Of a stretch of DNA of 64,000 nucleotides, positions 1 through 10,443 are shown piece by piece. Position 1 is the first letter of the stretch. Every line of letters starts with the position of its first letter. Below the pieces are notes generated by a model, which saw only the letters and a program-made list of their open reading frames with translations, searched no databases and was not told where the DNA came from. This stretch comes from an uncultured delta proteobacterium (GTDB taxonomy: Bacteria; Myxococcota_A; Polyangia; Polyangiales; JAFGIB01): assembly GCA_963778655.1 (NCBI GenBank), contig CAVZVA010000003.1, positions 384,001 through 448,000 of the forward strand, written 5' to 3'. The position numbers were made by a program, and so were the translations under genes.

Positions 1-1023
1 GTGTTCGAGTACCGCCTGAACTTCGTCGACATCATCAACCATCCGATGAGCATCGGCCTGCCCGATCTGGTGAGAAGCGCCGCCCAGCGCGCAGACGTTT
101 GCGCCGGCGAGCAGTGCCTGCTGTGGCGCTTCACGGCGCCGCGCAAGGACGGCCAGCTCGTTGCCGGCCCGGGCGAGGTCGAGATCGGCGTGGGCGCGTA
201 CAACTGCGACGGCACCTACAGCTTCTACGGTCCCAAGGCTGCGCCCGACCGCACCAAGGACGTGGGCGAGAGCGATCCGGGCCGCTGGCAATCGGTCAAG
301 GTGCCGGCCGACGTCGATCCCAGCAAGGACGGCATCGACCGCTACCACATCCCGTGGGCCACCAACAAGAACCGCGAGATCGCACGCAGCATCTTCATCT
401 GGCCGGCCGACTACACCATCGACTGGGAGCTGGCGAGCTCGGGCTTCACGATCACGAACTTCGACACCAGCGAGGCCGGTCAGGACTGCATGGGCGCGCG
501 CGACACGTTCAAGTGGAGCACGGTCGACGGCTTCGTCGCGTACTCGCCGCTCAAGGGCAACGAGACGGACATCAGCAATCAGACCAACCAAACCTATTGC
601 TCGCTGCTCGCGTTCGGTCTGTTGCCCGAGGGCAAGAAGGACAAGGATTGCATCACTACCGCGCGCTGCATGCCGGATGGCGGCGTATTCGGCGACGGCG
701 GCTGCGACTGGGTCAAGCTGCCAGACTCGCTGTGCCCGGAGACCGCGGGCGAGCGCGCGATCTTCGGCTGCCACCTCGGTGCCGAGGGCAACGTGAACAA
801 TGAAGACGGCTATCCCGCGATGCTCAAGTGCTCGCAGGACAAGCCGACCACCCCGCTCGATCCCGACAAGGGGGCGACCAGCGAAGGCCAGTGCTGTGAT
901 CCGCTCGGCAAGTCCACGACCCTGCCCGCGTGCAACGCCTACCGCACGGTCGGCAAGTTCGTGGCGGCCGCCGCCGAGATTACCGACGACCCGATCAACA
1001 CCCTTCCCAAACATTGCATGTGA
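1..1023 (+). CDS. Cys-rich hypothetical protein, C-terminal part (5'-truncated by window edge)
   Basis: Open frame from base 1 with GC3-rich codons and many Cys; stop TGA at 1021-1023. Confidence 0.7.
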   Translation: MFEYRLNFVDIINHPMSIGLPDLVRSAAQRADVCAGEQCLLWRFTAPRKDGQLVAGPGEVEIGVGAYNCDGTYSFYGPKAAPDRTKDVGESDPGRWQSVKVPADVDPSKDGIDRYHIPWATNKNREIARSIFIWPADYTIDWELASSGFTITNFDTSEAGQDCMGARDTFKWSTVDGFVAYSPLKGNETDISNQTNQTYCSLLAFGLLPEGKKDKDCITTARCMPDGGVFGDGGCDWVKLPDSLCPETAGERAIFGCHLGAEGNVNNEDGYPAMLKCSQDKPTTPLDPDKGATSEGQCCDPLGKSTTLPACNAYRTVGKFVAAAAEITDDPINTLPKHCM

Positions 1024-1120
1024 GCGATAGTCGCTGCTGCCCGCGGCCGAAAGTCCGAGGCGCCGTTCTTCCGCGGTGCGGTTGATAATAGGCTCGCGCC
1101 GCCCTTCCCTCCGAGCGCCG

Positions 1121-2938
1121 ATGACTTCCCCCCGCCACCTCGTCATCCTGGCCGTCGTCCTGCTCGCCGGTCTGCCGGAAATCGCGCACGCTGGCGGCAC
1201 GGAGTTTCCCGCGGACGGAACGCGCGGCCTGGGGCGGGGCGGTGCGCGTGCGGCGCGCGCCGACGATCCTACGATCATGACGCGCAACCCGGCGGGGCTC
1301 GCGCTGTTGTGGGACGACCAAGCGATCATGGGCGCGCACTTCCTGCTGGCGGACGCGTGCATGCAACCCACCGGCGCGTACGGCTGGGGCATCCGCGGCG
1401 ACAGCGCGCTCAACCTCGGCCAGGGGCCGGTGTATCCGCTCGCCGCGAAAGGCGACAAGTACCTCAACGGTCGCCCGCTCGTCGGATTCGCCGACGAGCC
1501 CTACGCCAAGGTCTGTTACCGGGGCGGCGCGCAGTTTCTGCCGACCGTCGCGCTCGGCATGAAGCTCTCCGATGACCTTGGCGTGGGCCTGGGCTTCTTT
1601 CCGCCCGACGTGGCCACGACCCGGCAGTGGGGCAACCGCGACGGGACCGTCGACACGCAAAGCGGCAAGCGTCCGAACCCACTGCGCTACTACGGCTCGC
1701 ATCAGAACGTCAGCTACTTCAGCGTGCTCGCTGCTGCGGGCTACCGGCTCGCGCCGTGGATCTCGGTCGGCGCCGGCTTGCAGTGGATGATGGTGATCTA
1801 CGAGGCCACCACGTGGACGACGCCGATCTCGGCGCTCGATCCCGAGAGCGACGTGCGCGGCGATCTGTTCGGCCGCGACCTGTTCGTGCCAGGCGTGATC
1901 GCGTCGGTGCAGCTGAAGCCCATCGACGCGCTGGACGTGGTGCTCGGCTTCAAGTGGTCCGATCGCGTGAAGTCCAACGTGAAGCTCGACATCACCACGG
2001 GCGCCCTCGGCACCGGCGAGGTATTCCAGTATCGCGACGCGTCCGGCCAGGTGCAGACCGTGGGCAGCTCGATCCCGACCACCACGCCGAACCAGCCGGG
2101 CCGGCTGGACTCGCCGCCGATCTGGGCGCCGCAGCTCACGCTCGCCTTGCGCTACGCCGACCGGCTGGTGCCGCGTCCCAAGGACCTGAAGGCCGCCCAC
2201 GAGGCCGCCGGCCGGACCGTCGAAGATCACATGCAGACGGAACGCTGGGACGTGGAGGTCGACGCCGTCTACTACTTCACGTCGGTCGACGACAAACAGG
2301 AGTACGTCACGCGCGACGCGCAGCTGACGCTGCGCAACATCGACCAGAACGGCATCATCAGCTCGCTTCCGGCCTCGCCCGGCGACTGCCTGAAGCGGGA
2401 CCCCAAGACGAACAACTGCGTGGGGGACCGCGTGGTGAGGACCGAGCTCGGCGGCAAGAATCAATTCACGGTGCGAGCGGGCGGCGATTACAACGTCCTG
2501 CCGGGCCTGCTCGCGCTGCGCGCCGGTGTGTCGTACGAGGCCCGCGGGCAGGACCCGGCGCTGCTCAACGTGATGAGCTACATGCTGAGCCGCACCGGAT
2601 TGCACCTGGGCTTCACCGTGCGCGTCGCCACCAAGACCGACATTTCCTTCGGCTACGCGCACTTCTTCCAGGAGAATGTCGAGCTGCAGGTGAACAACAG
2701 TCAGACCGTCAGCGCGTACCCGCCGCGCTACCGGTCGGCCAAGTACAACTTCCGGCCGGGCGCGGGCGTGCCGGACGCGATGGGCAACGGCGCGTCGATG
2801 GGCGGCTTCGACGGCGTCGCGGGCGTCGAGGTTCCCAACGGCGAGCCGGGCTACGAGATAGGCCCGTACTTCGTGAACGCCGGCAGCTACTACTACCATC
2901 TCGACGTGGTGTCCCTGTCCTTCGCCCAGCACTTCTGA
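1121..2938 (+). CDS. OmpP1/FadL-like outer-membrane beta-barrel protein
   Basis: Signal peptide (…AHA), GRGGA…ADD…NPAGLA N-terminal motif typical of FadL, C-terminal Phe. Confidence 0.75.
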   Translation: MTSPRHLVILAVVLLAGLPEIAHAGGTEFPADGTRGLGRGGARAARADDPTIMTRNPAGLALLWDDQAIMGAHFLLADACMQPTGAYGWGIRGDSALNLGQGPVYPLAAKGDKYLNGRPLVGFADEPYAKVCYRGGAQFLPTVALGMKLSDDLGVGLGFFPPDVATTRQWGNRDGTVDTQSGKRPNPLRYYGSHQNVSYFSVLAAAGYRLAPWISVGAGLQWMMVIYEATTWTTPISALDPESDVRGDLFGRDLFVPGVIASVQLKPIDALDVVLGFKWSDRVKSNVKLDITTGALGTGEVFQYRDASGQVQTVGSSIPTTTPNQPGRLDSPPIWAPQLTLALRYADRLVPRPKDLKAAHEAAGRTVEDHMQTERWDVEVDAVYYFTSVDDKQEYVTRDAQLTLRNIDQNGIISSLPASPGDCLKRDPKTNNCVGDRVVRTELGGKNQFTVRAGGDYNVLPGLLALRAGVSYEARGQDPALLNVMSYMLSRTGLHLGFTVRVATKTDISFGYAHFFQENVELQVNNSQTVSAYPPRYRSAKYNFRPGAGVPDAMGNGASMGGFDGVAGVEVPNGEPGYEIGPYFVNAGSYYYHLDVVSLSFAQHF

Positions 2939-3079
2939 GCCCGGCACGTTTGCGCAGGCAATGGCGAGGGGTGGCCAAGACGGGCCGCTCGGCCCGCCCC
3001 CTTGCGGCCAGGCCGAGCCTCCCCAATCATGCGCGGATGTCGCCGGCCGGGATCCCACAGGGCGGCGGGAGAGGTACCC

Positions 3080-5389
3080 ATGCTTGACTTACCTCGCGCC
3101 CCTCGCGTCTTCGTGTACGGCATTCTGGGCGCGCTGGCCGCGTGCTCCGGGGGCGCGGGTGGTGCGGGCGATGCGGGCGCCAAGCCGCAACGGGACGCGG
3201 CCGCGCCGCCCGATGCCGGGCCCGCCGAAGCGAGCACCCCCGACGCCGCTGCGGGCAGCCGCGAGCACGACGCAGGCGCCCGCGACGCCGGGCGCGTCGA
3301 CGCCGGCATCCCCGATGCGGCTCCGGCCGACGCCGCGCCCGCGGACGCCGGCCCGATGGACGCAGCGCCGCCGCCGCGCACGCACGGGCTGCAGGCCCGC
3401 ATCGAGAACGCCACTTGCTTCGTCGACGGAACCCCACCGCTGGACGTGGTGCCCGTAGCCAACACGCCCGCCTACGCGGCCCTCACGGCGAGCGGTGCGG
3501 TCGCCCTGGTGTCCGCCCCCGACGGCAAGCTGGCGCTGGTCGAGAGCGGCGGGCTGGTGCGGACGTTCGCCGCCGACGGCGACGGCAGCGACGCCGCCAC
3601 CGCGCTCGACCTGCGCACGGGGGTGCGCGCGGGCGGGCTGCGCGGTGCCGCCTTCCGGCCCGACGGCAGCGTCCTGGTCGCGAGCTTTCTGCCGGCCGAC
3701 GATCCGCTGCGGCTGGTGGTGGCGCGCTTCGACCTGGATGCTGGCGGCAGCGCGGTTCCGCGCTCCGAGCAGGACCTGCTGACGCTGCCGCTGAGCGACG
3801 CCACCCGCGCCGGCGGCGCGCTCTCGTTTCTGTTCGACGGCACCCTGGTGGTCGCCTTCGGCGACGGCGGCACGGCGGCCGACGCGACCGATCCCGGCAC
3901 GCTGGCAGGCAAGGTGGCGCGCATCGACGTGGGCGCCGCCAGCAGCTACGCGGTGCCCGTGGACAACCCATTCGCGAGCAGCTCCACCACCCTGCCCGAG
4001 ATCTACGCGCTCGGCCTGGGCGCACCGAGCTCGTGCAGCGTCGATCGCGTCAACGGACGGCTGTGGTGTGCGGACTCCGGCGACGCGACCCACGACCACA
4101 TCCTGTTGGTGACGCCCGGCGCCACCCTTAGCCCCATCCTGTCATACACCCGCGGCAGCGGCGACTGTGGCGCCGTGCTCGGCTTCGTGTCGCGCGAGGC
4201 CAAGCTGCCCGACATCGAGGGTGTGCTGGTGTTCGGCGACGCGTGCTCGCCGGCACTGCAGGGCATGCGCTTCGACGGCTCGTTGGTGCGCTCGCAGGCC
4301 GAGGTGAGCACACTGCCGGCTGCGCTGTCTGGCTTCGGGCAGGACGCGGACGGGCGCATCTTGGCCGTCGACAGCGCCGGCGCGATCCACGCGCTGGTGC
4401 GACCCACCACGGCCGTGCCGAGCTTTCCCACCAGCGTGAGCGCGACCGGCTGCCTGGCCGACATGGCCACCCGCATGCCCGCCGCCTCGCTGATCCCGTT
4501 CGAGGTGCGCACGCCGCTGTGGTCGGACGGCGCCACCAAGCGCCGCTTTCTGATCCTACCGGGCAGCGAGACCGTCGGCTTCACCACCGAGGGCGCCTGG
4601 CAGCTGCCGGTGGGCGCCATGCTGATGAAGGAGTTCCTGCTCGACGACGATGACGACCCCAGCACGCCCGACCGCATCATGGAGACGCGCTTCCTGATCA
4701 AGCGCAGCGACACCGGCTGGGAGGGCTACAGTTACATGTGGGACCCCGCGCGCAAGGACGGGTTCTTGCTCGACGGCGCGGAGATCGGCCGCTTCCCGAT
4801 GCAGCCGGGCGCGCTCGACCCGAGCGGGGCCAGCGTGCACCGCCACACCTTCCCCGACCGCGCGCAGTGCCTGCTGTGCCACAACGCCGCGGCCGGGCGC
4901 ACGCTGGGGCTGCAGACCGGGCGCATGAACACCGACCACGACTACGATGGTTTCGTCGAGAACCAGCTCGCGGCCATGGACCATATCGGGCTGTTCGGCG
5001 ACCCGCTGCCGGCCGCGCCTGACGACCTGCCGCGCTTTGCCCAGCCCAGAGATACCAGCGCGCCGCTGGAGGCGCGGGCGCGCTCGTGGCTGTATGCCAA
5101 CTGCTCGCACTGCCACCGGCCCGGCGGGCCCACGCCGGTGCCGCTCGACTTCCGCTACGAGACCGCGCTCGCCGACACCCACGCCTGCGGCGTGACCCCG
5201 CAGTTCGCGATTGGACAGATCCCCAACGCCGAGATCATCTTCCCTGGCAGCTCGGCCCAGAGCGAGCTGTTCTTCCGGCTCTCGCGCCGCGACGCCAACC
5301 AGATGCCCCCGGTGGCCACGCTGATCGTGGACCCGAGCGGGCTCGACGTGGTGCAACAGTGGATCGACGGGTTGGGGGCGTGCCCGTAG
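3080..5389 (+). CDS. Lipoprotein with glucose/sorbosone-dehydrogenase-like beta-propeller and C-terminal diheme cytochrome c domain
   Basis: LAAC lipobox, DAG-rich linker, GKVARID…VPVDNPF…EIYALGL GSDH motifs, PLWSDGA.KRR motif, two CxxCH (CLLCH, CSHCH). Confidence 0.8.
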   Translation: MLDLPRAPRVFVYGILGALAACSGGAGGAGDAGAKPQRDAAAPPDAGPAEASTPDAAAGSREHDAGARDAGRVDAGIPDAAPADAAPADAGPMDAAPPPRTHGLQARIENATCFVDGTPPLDVVPVANTPAYAALTASGAVALVSAPDGKLALVESGGLVRTFAADGDGSDAATALDLRTGVRAGGLRGAAFRPDGSVLVASFLPADDPLRLVVARFDLDAGGSAVPRSEQDLLTLPLSDATRAGGALSFLFDGTLVVAFGDGGTAADATDPGTLAGKVARIDVGAASSYAVPVDNPFASSSTTLPEIYALGLGAPSSCSVDRVNGRLWCADSGDATHDHILLVTPGATLSPILSYTRGSGDCGAVLGFVSREAKLPDIEGVLVFGDACSPALQGMRFDGSLVRSQAEVSTLPAALSGFGQDADGRILAVDSAGAIHALVRPTTAVPSFPTSVSATGCLADMATRMPAASLIPFEVRTPLWSDGATKRRFLILPGSETVGFTTEGAWQLPVGAMLMKEFLLDDDDDPSTPDRIMETRFLIKRSDTGWEGYSYMWDPARKDGFLLDGAEIGRFPMQPGALDPSGASVHRHTFPDRAQCLLCHNAAAGRTLGLQTGRMNTDHDYDGFVENQLAAMDHIGLFGDPLPAAPDDLPRFAQPRDTSAPLEARARSWLYANCSHCHRPGGPTPVPLDFRYETALADTHACGVTPQFAIGQIPNAEIIFPGSSAQSELFFRLSRRDANQMPPVATLIVDPSGLDVVQQWIDGLGACP

Positions 5390-5450
5390 GGGCGGGGGCG
5401 AGCACGAGCGCGACTACGAGCGCGAGCGTGGAGCGAGACAGCGGTTAAAT

Positions 5451-5491
5451 GCGCGCGCCCCCGAGCCGGCGGGCGGATCGGGGGCGCACGC
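5451..5491. terminator. GC-rich hairpin between convergent genes (possible bidirectional terminator)
   Basis: GCGCCCCCGA…TCGGGGGCGC inverted repeat; no U-tract. Confidence 0.5.
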
Positions 5492-5503
5492 GGGTAGTTG
5501 CGA

Positions 5504-7141
5504 TCAGAGCGAGGTCATCACGCAGGCCGAGGTCGAGTCCTCGGCGATGCACTTGCTGGTGCCGCCGTCGCAGGTCTGGCAGGCGTCGCAGTCGCTGTCG
5601 ACGCTGCAGGCCCCGCCCACGCACTCACCGGTCGACATGCCGTTGATGGTGATGGTGGCGCAGGTCTCGCCGCTGCCGGGGCAGTCGGTCGCGGCCGTCG
5701 CGCTGGTGCAGTAGCGCGCCGGCGCCTGGCGCTTGGCGTCACCCGTGATCAGGCCCGCCTGCTGGATGGTCGTGATGTAGGTGTACACGGCCTGCTTGTC
5801 CGCGGTGGTCATGTTGCGGAACACGTCGAACGGCATCGGGAAGCCGAGCCCGTGCGGCGGGGTGGTCGAGAACGACGCCCCCGACAGCAAGGTGTCGAGG
5901 AACACCGAGAAGCCGGCGGTGAAGCCCGCGTTGTCGCCGGTCAGGTTCGCGCTCATGGTGCGCACCTGGTGGAGGATCGGCTGCAAGGGCGGGGGCACGG
6001 CAAAGGCCTGGCCACCCGAGAGGAAGGTGGTGGTATCCACCTTGTTGGTCATCTTGTTGCGGCCGCCGGGCGTGTGGCACTCGTTGCACAGGCCCGGACC
6101 GTTGACGATGTAGCTGCCGCGGCCGTACAGCGCCTGATCGCCGGCCGACATCGAGGCCACCAGCGAGTCGTCGGCGAGCGGCGAGATCGCCAGGCCGCGC
6201 AGCACATTGTTGGTATCGAACGGCTCGCCGGCCTCCGTCGTGGGCATGCCCGCAGCCGGGTCGAAGGCGGCCGGCAAGGGACGAGTCACGTCGCCGTCGG
6301 CGAACTGCGGCACGGGAACCGGGTCGCCGTTGGTGTCGTAGAAGGGCGAGGCCCCAGGCAGCGTGAAGATCGGCTTCGCGTCGGCCTGCACCGCGTTGTC
6401 CACGGCCGGGATGTGCTTGAGGTAGTGATAGATGTCGCGCAGGTCCTGGGTGGTCAGCCAGCGCAGCTGCGGCCACGGCATCACCATCAGGGTCGCCGTG
6501 TTCTTGAAGTCCGTGCCCTTGCGCAGCGCCTCGATGAACTGATCCTCGCTGAGCTGCAGGCCGGTGGTCGCGTCGGGCGTGAGGTTGCGCGCGAACACGT
6601 GGGAGTCGATGCAGTCAGTAGCGCCGACAGTGCAGGGCTGCACCGTGGTGGAGTCGAGGCCGCCGAGCGGGAAGTCCGCGTTGCCGGCCAAGAACAGGGT
6701 ATGGCCCTGCGCGTCGGTGCCGTTGTGGCAGCCCTGGCAATCCGCGACCGCGTTGACCATGTAAGCGCCGCGCCCGACGCTCTCGATTCGATCGCCATCC
6801 AGACCCTCGACATCGACGGTGACCGGCGACAGCGCCAGCCCCGTGCGCGCGGTCTCCGACAGGATGATGTCGTTGCCGTTCATGCCGTCCATGCCGTTGG
6901 TGCCATCGGTCCCGTTGGTCCCGTTGGTGCCATCGGTCCCGTTGGTGCCGTTGGTGCCGTCCTTGCCGCTGGTCCCAGTGGCGCCCTTGGCGCCGTCCTT
7001 GCCGGGTGCCCCGGGATCGCCCTTGTCACCCTTCGCCCCATCGGCGCCGTCGGCGCCGTCCACACCTTTGGCCCCGGCAGAGCCTTTGCAGGCGGTGACC
7101 GCAACGGCCAGCACTGCAGCGAGTAGCAGTTGAGCGCGCAT
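5504..7141 (-). CDS. Collagen-like-repeat diheme cytochrome c lipoprotein with Cys-rich C-terminus
   Basis: VTAC lipobox, 24 Gly-X-Y triplets, CQGCH and CNECH, ARNLTPD and MPW/MPF motifs; GAGGAG RBS upstream. Confidence 0.8.
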   Translation of the reverse strand: MRAQLLLAAVLAVAVTACKGSAGAKGVDGADGADGAKGDKGDPGAPGKDGAKGATGTSGKDGTNGTNGTDGTNGTNGTDGTNGMDGMNGNDIILSETARTGLALSPVTVDVEGLDGDRIESVGRGAYMVNAVADCQGCHNGTDAQGHTLFLAGNADFPLGGLDSTTVQPCTVGATDCIDSHVFARNLTPDATTGLQLSEDQFIEALRKGTDFKNTATLMVMPWPQLRWLTTQDLRDIYHYLKHIPAVDNAVQADAKPIFTLPGASPFYDTNGDPVPVPQFADGDVTRPLPAAFDPAAGMPTTEAGEPFDTNNVLRGLAISPLADDSLVASMSAGDQALYGRGSYIVNGPGLCNECHTPGGRNKMTNKVDTTTFLSGGQAFAVPPPLQPILHQVRTMSANLTGDNAGFTAGFSVFLDTLLSGASFSTTPPHGLGFPMPFDVFRNMTTADKQAVYTYITTIQQAGLITGDAKRQAPARYCTSATAATDCPGSGETCATITINGMSTGECVGGACSVDSDCDACQTCDGGTSKCIAEDSTSACVMTSL

Positions 7142-7345
7142 TCGTCCTCCTCGTTTCTAAGGTTCGCAAGCGCCCCCCTACGCCGAGGCGTTTGCGGTAC
7201 GCCGGCCATCGCACGCGCTTCCGTCACCCGTCAATAACCTGCACGGCCGAACCTGGTCCCCCGTTTCGTCCGTATCAAAGTCGAATCGCGCAACGGGGTG
7301 GATCGGCGTTAGCATGCGCGCAGCCCGAACGGAGGGAAGCTCGCG

Positions 7346-8455
7346 ATGGCACTGAAGAGACCGACCTGGCCGAGCGGCCGCGTGCTCACGCTGGAACACC
7401 GCTCGCGGGTGCTGGCCGACAACCCGCTCGGCGATCCGTCCGTGCGCACGCTCGAGGTGTGGCTGCCGCCGCACTACGACCAGGGCCTGTCGCACGGGCG
7501 CGGCCGGCGCTTCCCGGTGCTGTTCGACCTGGTCGGCTACACCGGCTCGGGCAAGTCGCACACCAACTGGCGCAGCTTCGACGAGAATCTGCCGGAACGC
7601 GCCGCGCGGCTGATCCACGAGCGCAAGCTGGGTCCGTGCATCGTGGTGCTGCCCGACTGCTTCACCGCGCTCGGGGGCAACCAGTACGTGAACTCGAGCG
7701 CGATCGGCCGCTACGCCGACTACCTCACGCGCGAGCTCATCCCGTTCGTGGACCGCGAGCTGCGCACGCTCGCCGCGCGCGAGCACCGCGGCTGCTTCGG
7801 CAAGTCCTCGGGCGGCTACGGGGCGATCGTCCACGGCATGAAATACGCGCGCTACTGGGGCGCGGTGGCCGACCACTCGGGCGACGCGTACTTCGACTTC
7901 GTGTACCGCAGCGACTGGCCCACCACGCTCACCGAGCTCGGCAAGCACCGCAGGCCGCCGCGCAAGGCCGGGCGCTACGCTGTGCAGCGCGAGGCGCGCG
8001 CGAGCGGGCGCGGGCTCGACGATGGGCGCGTGCAGCGCTTTCTCGAGCACATCTGGCGCAAGCAGAAGCCCTCGGGCGCCGAGGTGCACTGCCTGATGAA
8101 CCTGTGCATGGCCGCCACCTACGATCCCGATCCGCGCGCGCCGGGCGGGTTCCGGCTGCCCTTCGACCTCGAGACCGGCGAGTTGATCGAGGCGCGCTGG
8201 CGGCGCTGGCTCGAGCACGACCCGGTGCACATGGTGGCACGCCACCGCCGCGAGCTGGCCACGCTGAAGGGCATCTACATCGATTGTGGCTGGCGCGACC
8301 AGTACCACATCCACTACGGCTGCCGGCTGCTGTCCAAGCGCCTCGCCGCGCACGGCATCGCGCACCGCTACGAGGAGTTCGACGACGACCACTCGGGCGT
8401 CGACTACCGCATGGACCACAGCCTGCCCTTCCTGTACCGCGCGCTGCGGCCGTGA
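7346..8455 (+). CDS. Enterochelin-esterase-like alpha/beta hydrolase
   Basis: DNPLGD, LPP.Y, GKSSGG nucleophile elbow, C-terminal D…H. Confidence 0.85.
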   Translation: MALKRPTWPSGRVLTLEHRSRVLADNPLGDPSVRTLEVWLPPHYDQGLSHGRGRRFPVLFDLVGYTGSGKSHTNWRSFDENLPERAARLIHERKLGPCIVVLPDCFTALGGNQYVNSSAIGRYADYLTRELIPFVDRELRTLAAREHRGCFGKSSGGYGAIVHGMKYARYWGAVADHSGDAYFDFVYRSDWPTTLTELGKHRRPPRKAGRYAVQREARASGRGLDDGRVQRFLEHIWRKQKPSGAEVHCLMNLCMAATYDPDPRAPGGFRLPFDLETGELIEARWRRWLEHDPVHMVARHRRELATLKGIYIDCGWRDQYHIHYGCRLLSKRLAAHGIAHRYEEFDDDHSGVDYRMDHSLPFLYRALRP

Positions 8456-8483
8456 CCGCCGGTCCGGGCTCGGACCAGAATTC

Positions 8484-8541
8484 ACAGGAAGGCGGGAACA
8501 CCTGAAGCTCAGAATCCATGTCCGTCTTCCCGTCTTCCTGT
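8484..8541. repeat. REP-like palindrome, family 2, copy 1
   Basis: ACAGGAAGGCGGGAA (8484-8498) pairs with TTCCCGTCTTCCTGT (8527-8541); the same 15-mer occurs at 17155. Confidence 0.65.
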
Positions 8542-8732
8542 TGAGTCCTCCGAACCGCGTGCGCTCGGGACGAGGCGCCGCTTCGGTGGTAGGCACGGGC
8601 TGCGATGAGCTACGCCCCTCATCCGGTGACGCTGCGACAGCTGCAGAGGCCTACATCAGACTGGCCGGCTGATTCCGCGCTCGGTGGGGCTACGGTGGCG
8701 CCGGCGCTGGGTGTACACTAAGGGTGCGTCCG

Positions 8733-10187
8733 ATGGCACTGCGCGACATTCCAATGCTGGCGGGCGCCGCGCCCGTGATCGGCCACACCCGGGAGTTCGA
8801 GCGCGACCGCTTCGCGTTTTTGGAGCGGCTGAGCCGCGAGGTCGACGAGATCGCGAGGATGCACTTCCTCACCCGCGACGTGGTGCTGGTCAACTCGCCC
8901 GCGGCGATCCACGAGGTGCTGGTCGAGAAGGCGCGCTGCTTCGAGAAGTCCCAGATGATCCGCATCGTGTTGCAGCCGCTGGTCGGCGAAGGGCTGTTCA
9001 CCGCGGGTGGCTCGCTGTGGCGCAGGCAGCGGCGGCTGATGGCCCCGGTCTTTCAGCACGCCAAGATCGACGCGTTCGCGGACGTGATGGTCGACTGCGC
9101 GCGGCGAGCCTGTGACGACTGGCGCGACGGCGCGCAGCTCGACGTCGCGCGCGAGACCACGCACATCGCGATGGCGGTCGCTGGCCGCACGCTGTTCGGC
9201 ATCGACACCTTCGACGAGGCCGACGCGCTCGGCCAGGCCCTGACCACCGCGCTCACGTGGGCCGACCAGGCGTCGCTGGCGCTGGTGGTTGCGCTGCAGG
9301 TGGAGCTGCAGCTGGCGTTGCTGGGGCTGCGCGGCGGGCCCGAGCCCGTGCGCCGCGCCTTCGATCGCGTGATCGCCCGGCTCGATCCGCCGATCATGTG
9401 GCCCACGCGCAAGAACCGCGAGCTGCAGCGCGCGATCGTGCTGCTCGACTCGCGCGTGCAGCGCATGATCGACGAGCGCCGCGCCGCGGCCGCGCCGCGC
9501 GCCGACCTGCTGAGCCACCTGCTGCAGGCGCGCGACGAGGACGACGGCGGTGTGATGGACGACAAGCAGGTGCGCGACGAGATCCTGACGCTGTTCGTGG
9601 CCGGCCACGAGACCACCGCCAACGGCCTGGCCTGGGCGCTGTACCTGCTGGCCCGCCACCCCGAGGCGTATGCGCGCGCCCGCGCCGCTGCCGATTCGCT
9701 CGGCGGCCGCCCGGCCACGCTCGCCGATCTCGACCGGCTGGAGTACCTCGGCCGGGTGTTCAAGGAAGCGCTGCGGATGTACCCGCCGGTCTACGTGTTC
9801 TCGCGCATCTCCACCGCCGACGTGAGCGTGGCCGGCTACAAGGTGCCCGACCGCACCGTGTTCCTGATCAGCCCGTGGACGCTGCAGCATCGGCCCGACC
9901 TGTGGCCCGATCCGTCGCGCTTCGACCCCGAGCGCTTCACGGCCGAGGCCGAGGCCCGCCGCCCGCGCGACGCGTGGATCCCCTTCTCCGACGGCCCGCG
10001 CGTGTGCATCGGCGCGCACTTCGCGCAGCTCGAAGCGCCGCTGGTGCTGGCGACGTTGCTACAGCGCGCGGACTTCTCGCTGGCCAGCAACGCCGAGGTG
10101 CTGCCCGACACCGCGAGCACGCTGCGCCCGCGCGGCGGCATGCCGATGCGGGTCACGCTGCGGGAGAAGCTGCGCGCGTCGGCCTGA
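8733..10187 (+). CDS. Cytochrome P450
   Basis: AGHETT I-helix, EALR (ExxR), FDPERF, PFSDGPRVCIG heme-thiolate motif. Confidence 0.95.
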   Translation: MALRDIPMLAGAAPVIGHTREFERDRFAFLERLSREVDEIARMHFLTRDVVLVNSPAAIHEVLVEKARCFEKSQMIRIVLQPLVGEGLFTAGGSLWRRQRRLMAPVFQHAKIDAFADVMVDCARRACDDWRDGAQLDVARETTHIAMAVAGRTLFGIDTFDEADALGQALTTALTWADQASLALVVALQVELQLALLGLRGGPEPVRRAFDRVIARLDPPIMWPTRKNRELQRAIVLLDSRVQRMIDERRAAAAPRADLLSHLLQARDEDDGGVMDDKQVRDEILTLFVAGHETTANGLAWALYLLARHPEAYARARAAADSLGGRPATLADLDRLEYLGRVFKEALRMYPPVYVFSRISTADVSVAGYKVPDRTVFLISPWTLQHRPDLWPDPSRFDPERFTAEAEARRPRDAWIPFSDGPRVCIGAHFAQLEAPLVLATLLQRADFSLASNAEVLPDTASTLRPRGGMPMRVTLREKLRASA

Positions 10188-10443
10188 GAGGCCGCATCGG
10201 AACGGCGCTTCGGATTCCGAGCTGCCGTCCCGGCTCGATGTTCACGCATCAGGCGTGCCAGCAGCCGCCCACGTGGCGACCGCAACACCCACATTTAGCG
10301 GGCTTCTCTGATCACCCTGCCGTCGGCTGAGCTCCAGCTCGCCGGCTACGGCGCGATGGCCACTTGCCCCGCCTTGCCGCATGTGGCCCATTCGCTGCGC
10401 GTGCGTAGGTGAGGGCTCAGGGCCGAAACCCCGGGAGGTTGCC

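Noticed and set aside
5398..5437. CGAGC(A/G)-type hexamer run after the GSDH gene
   Set aside because: Short and degenerate, with no second copy seen in the window.
7346..10187. Biosynthetic gene cluster around the P450 and esterase
   Set aside because: No PKS, NRPS, terpene cyclase or precursor peptide nearby.
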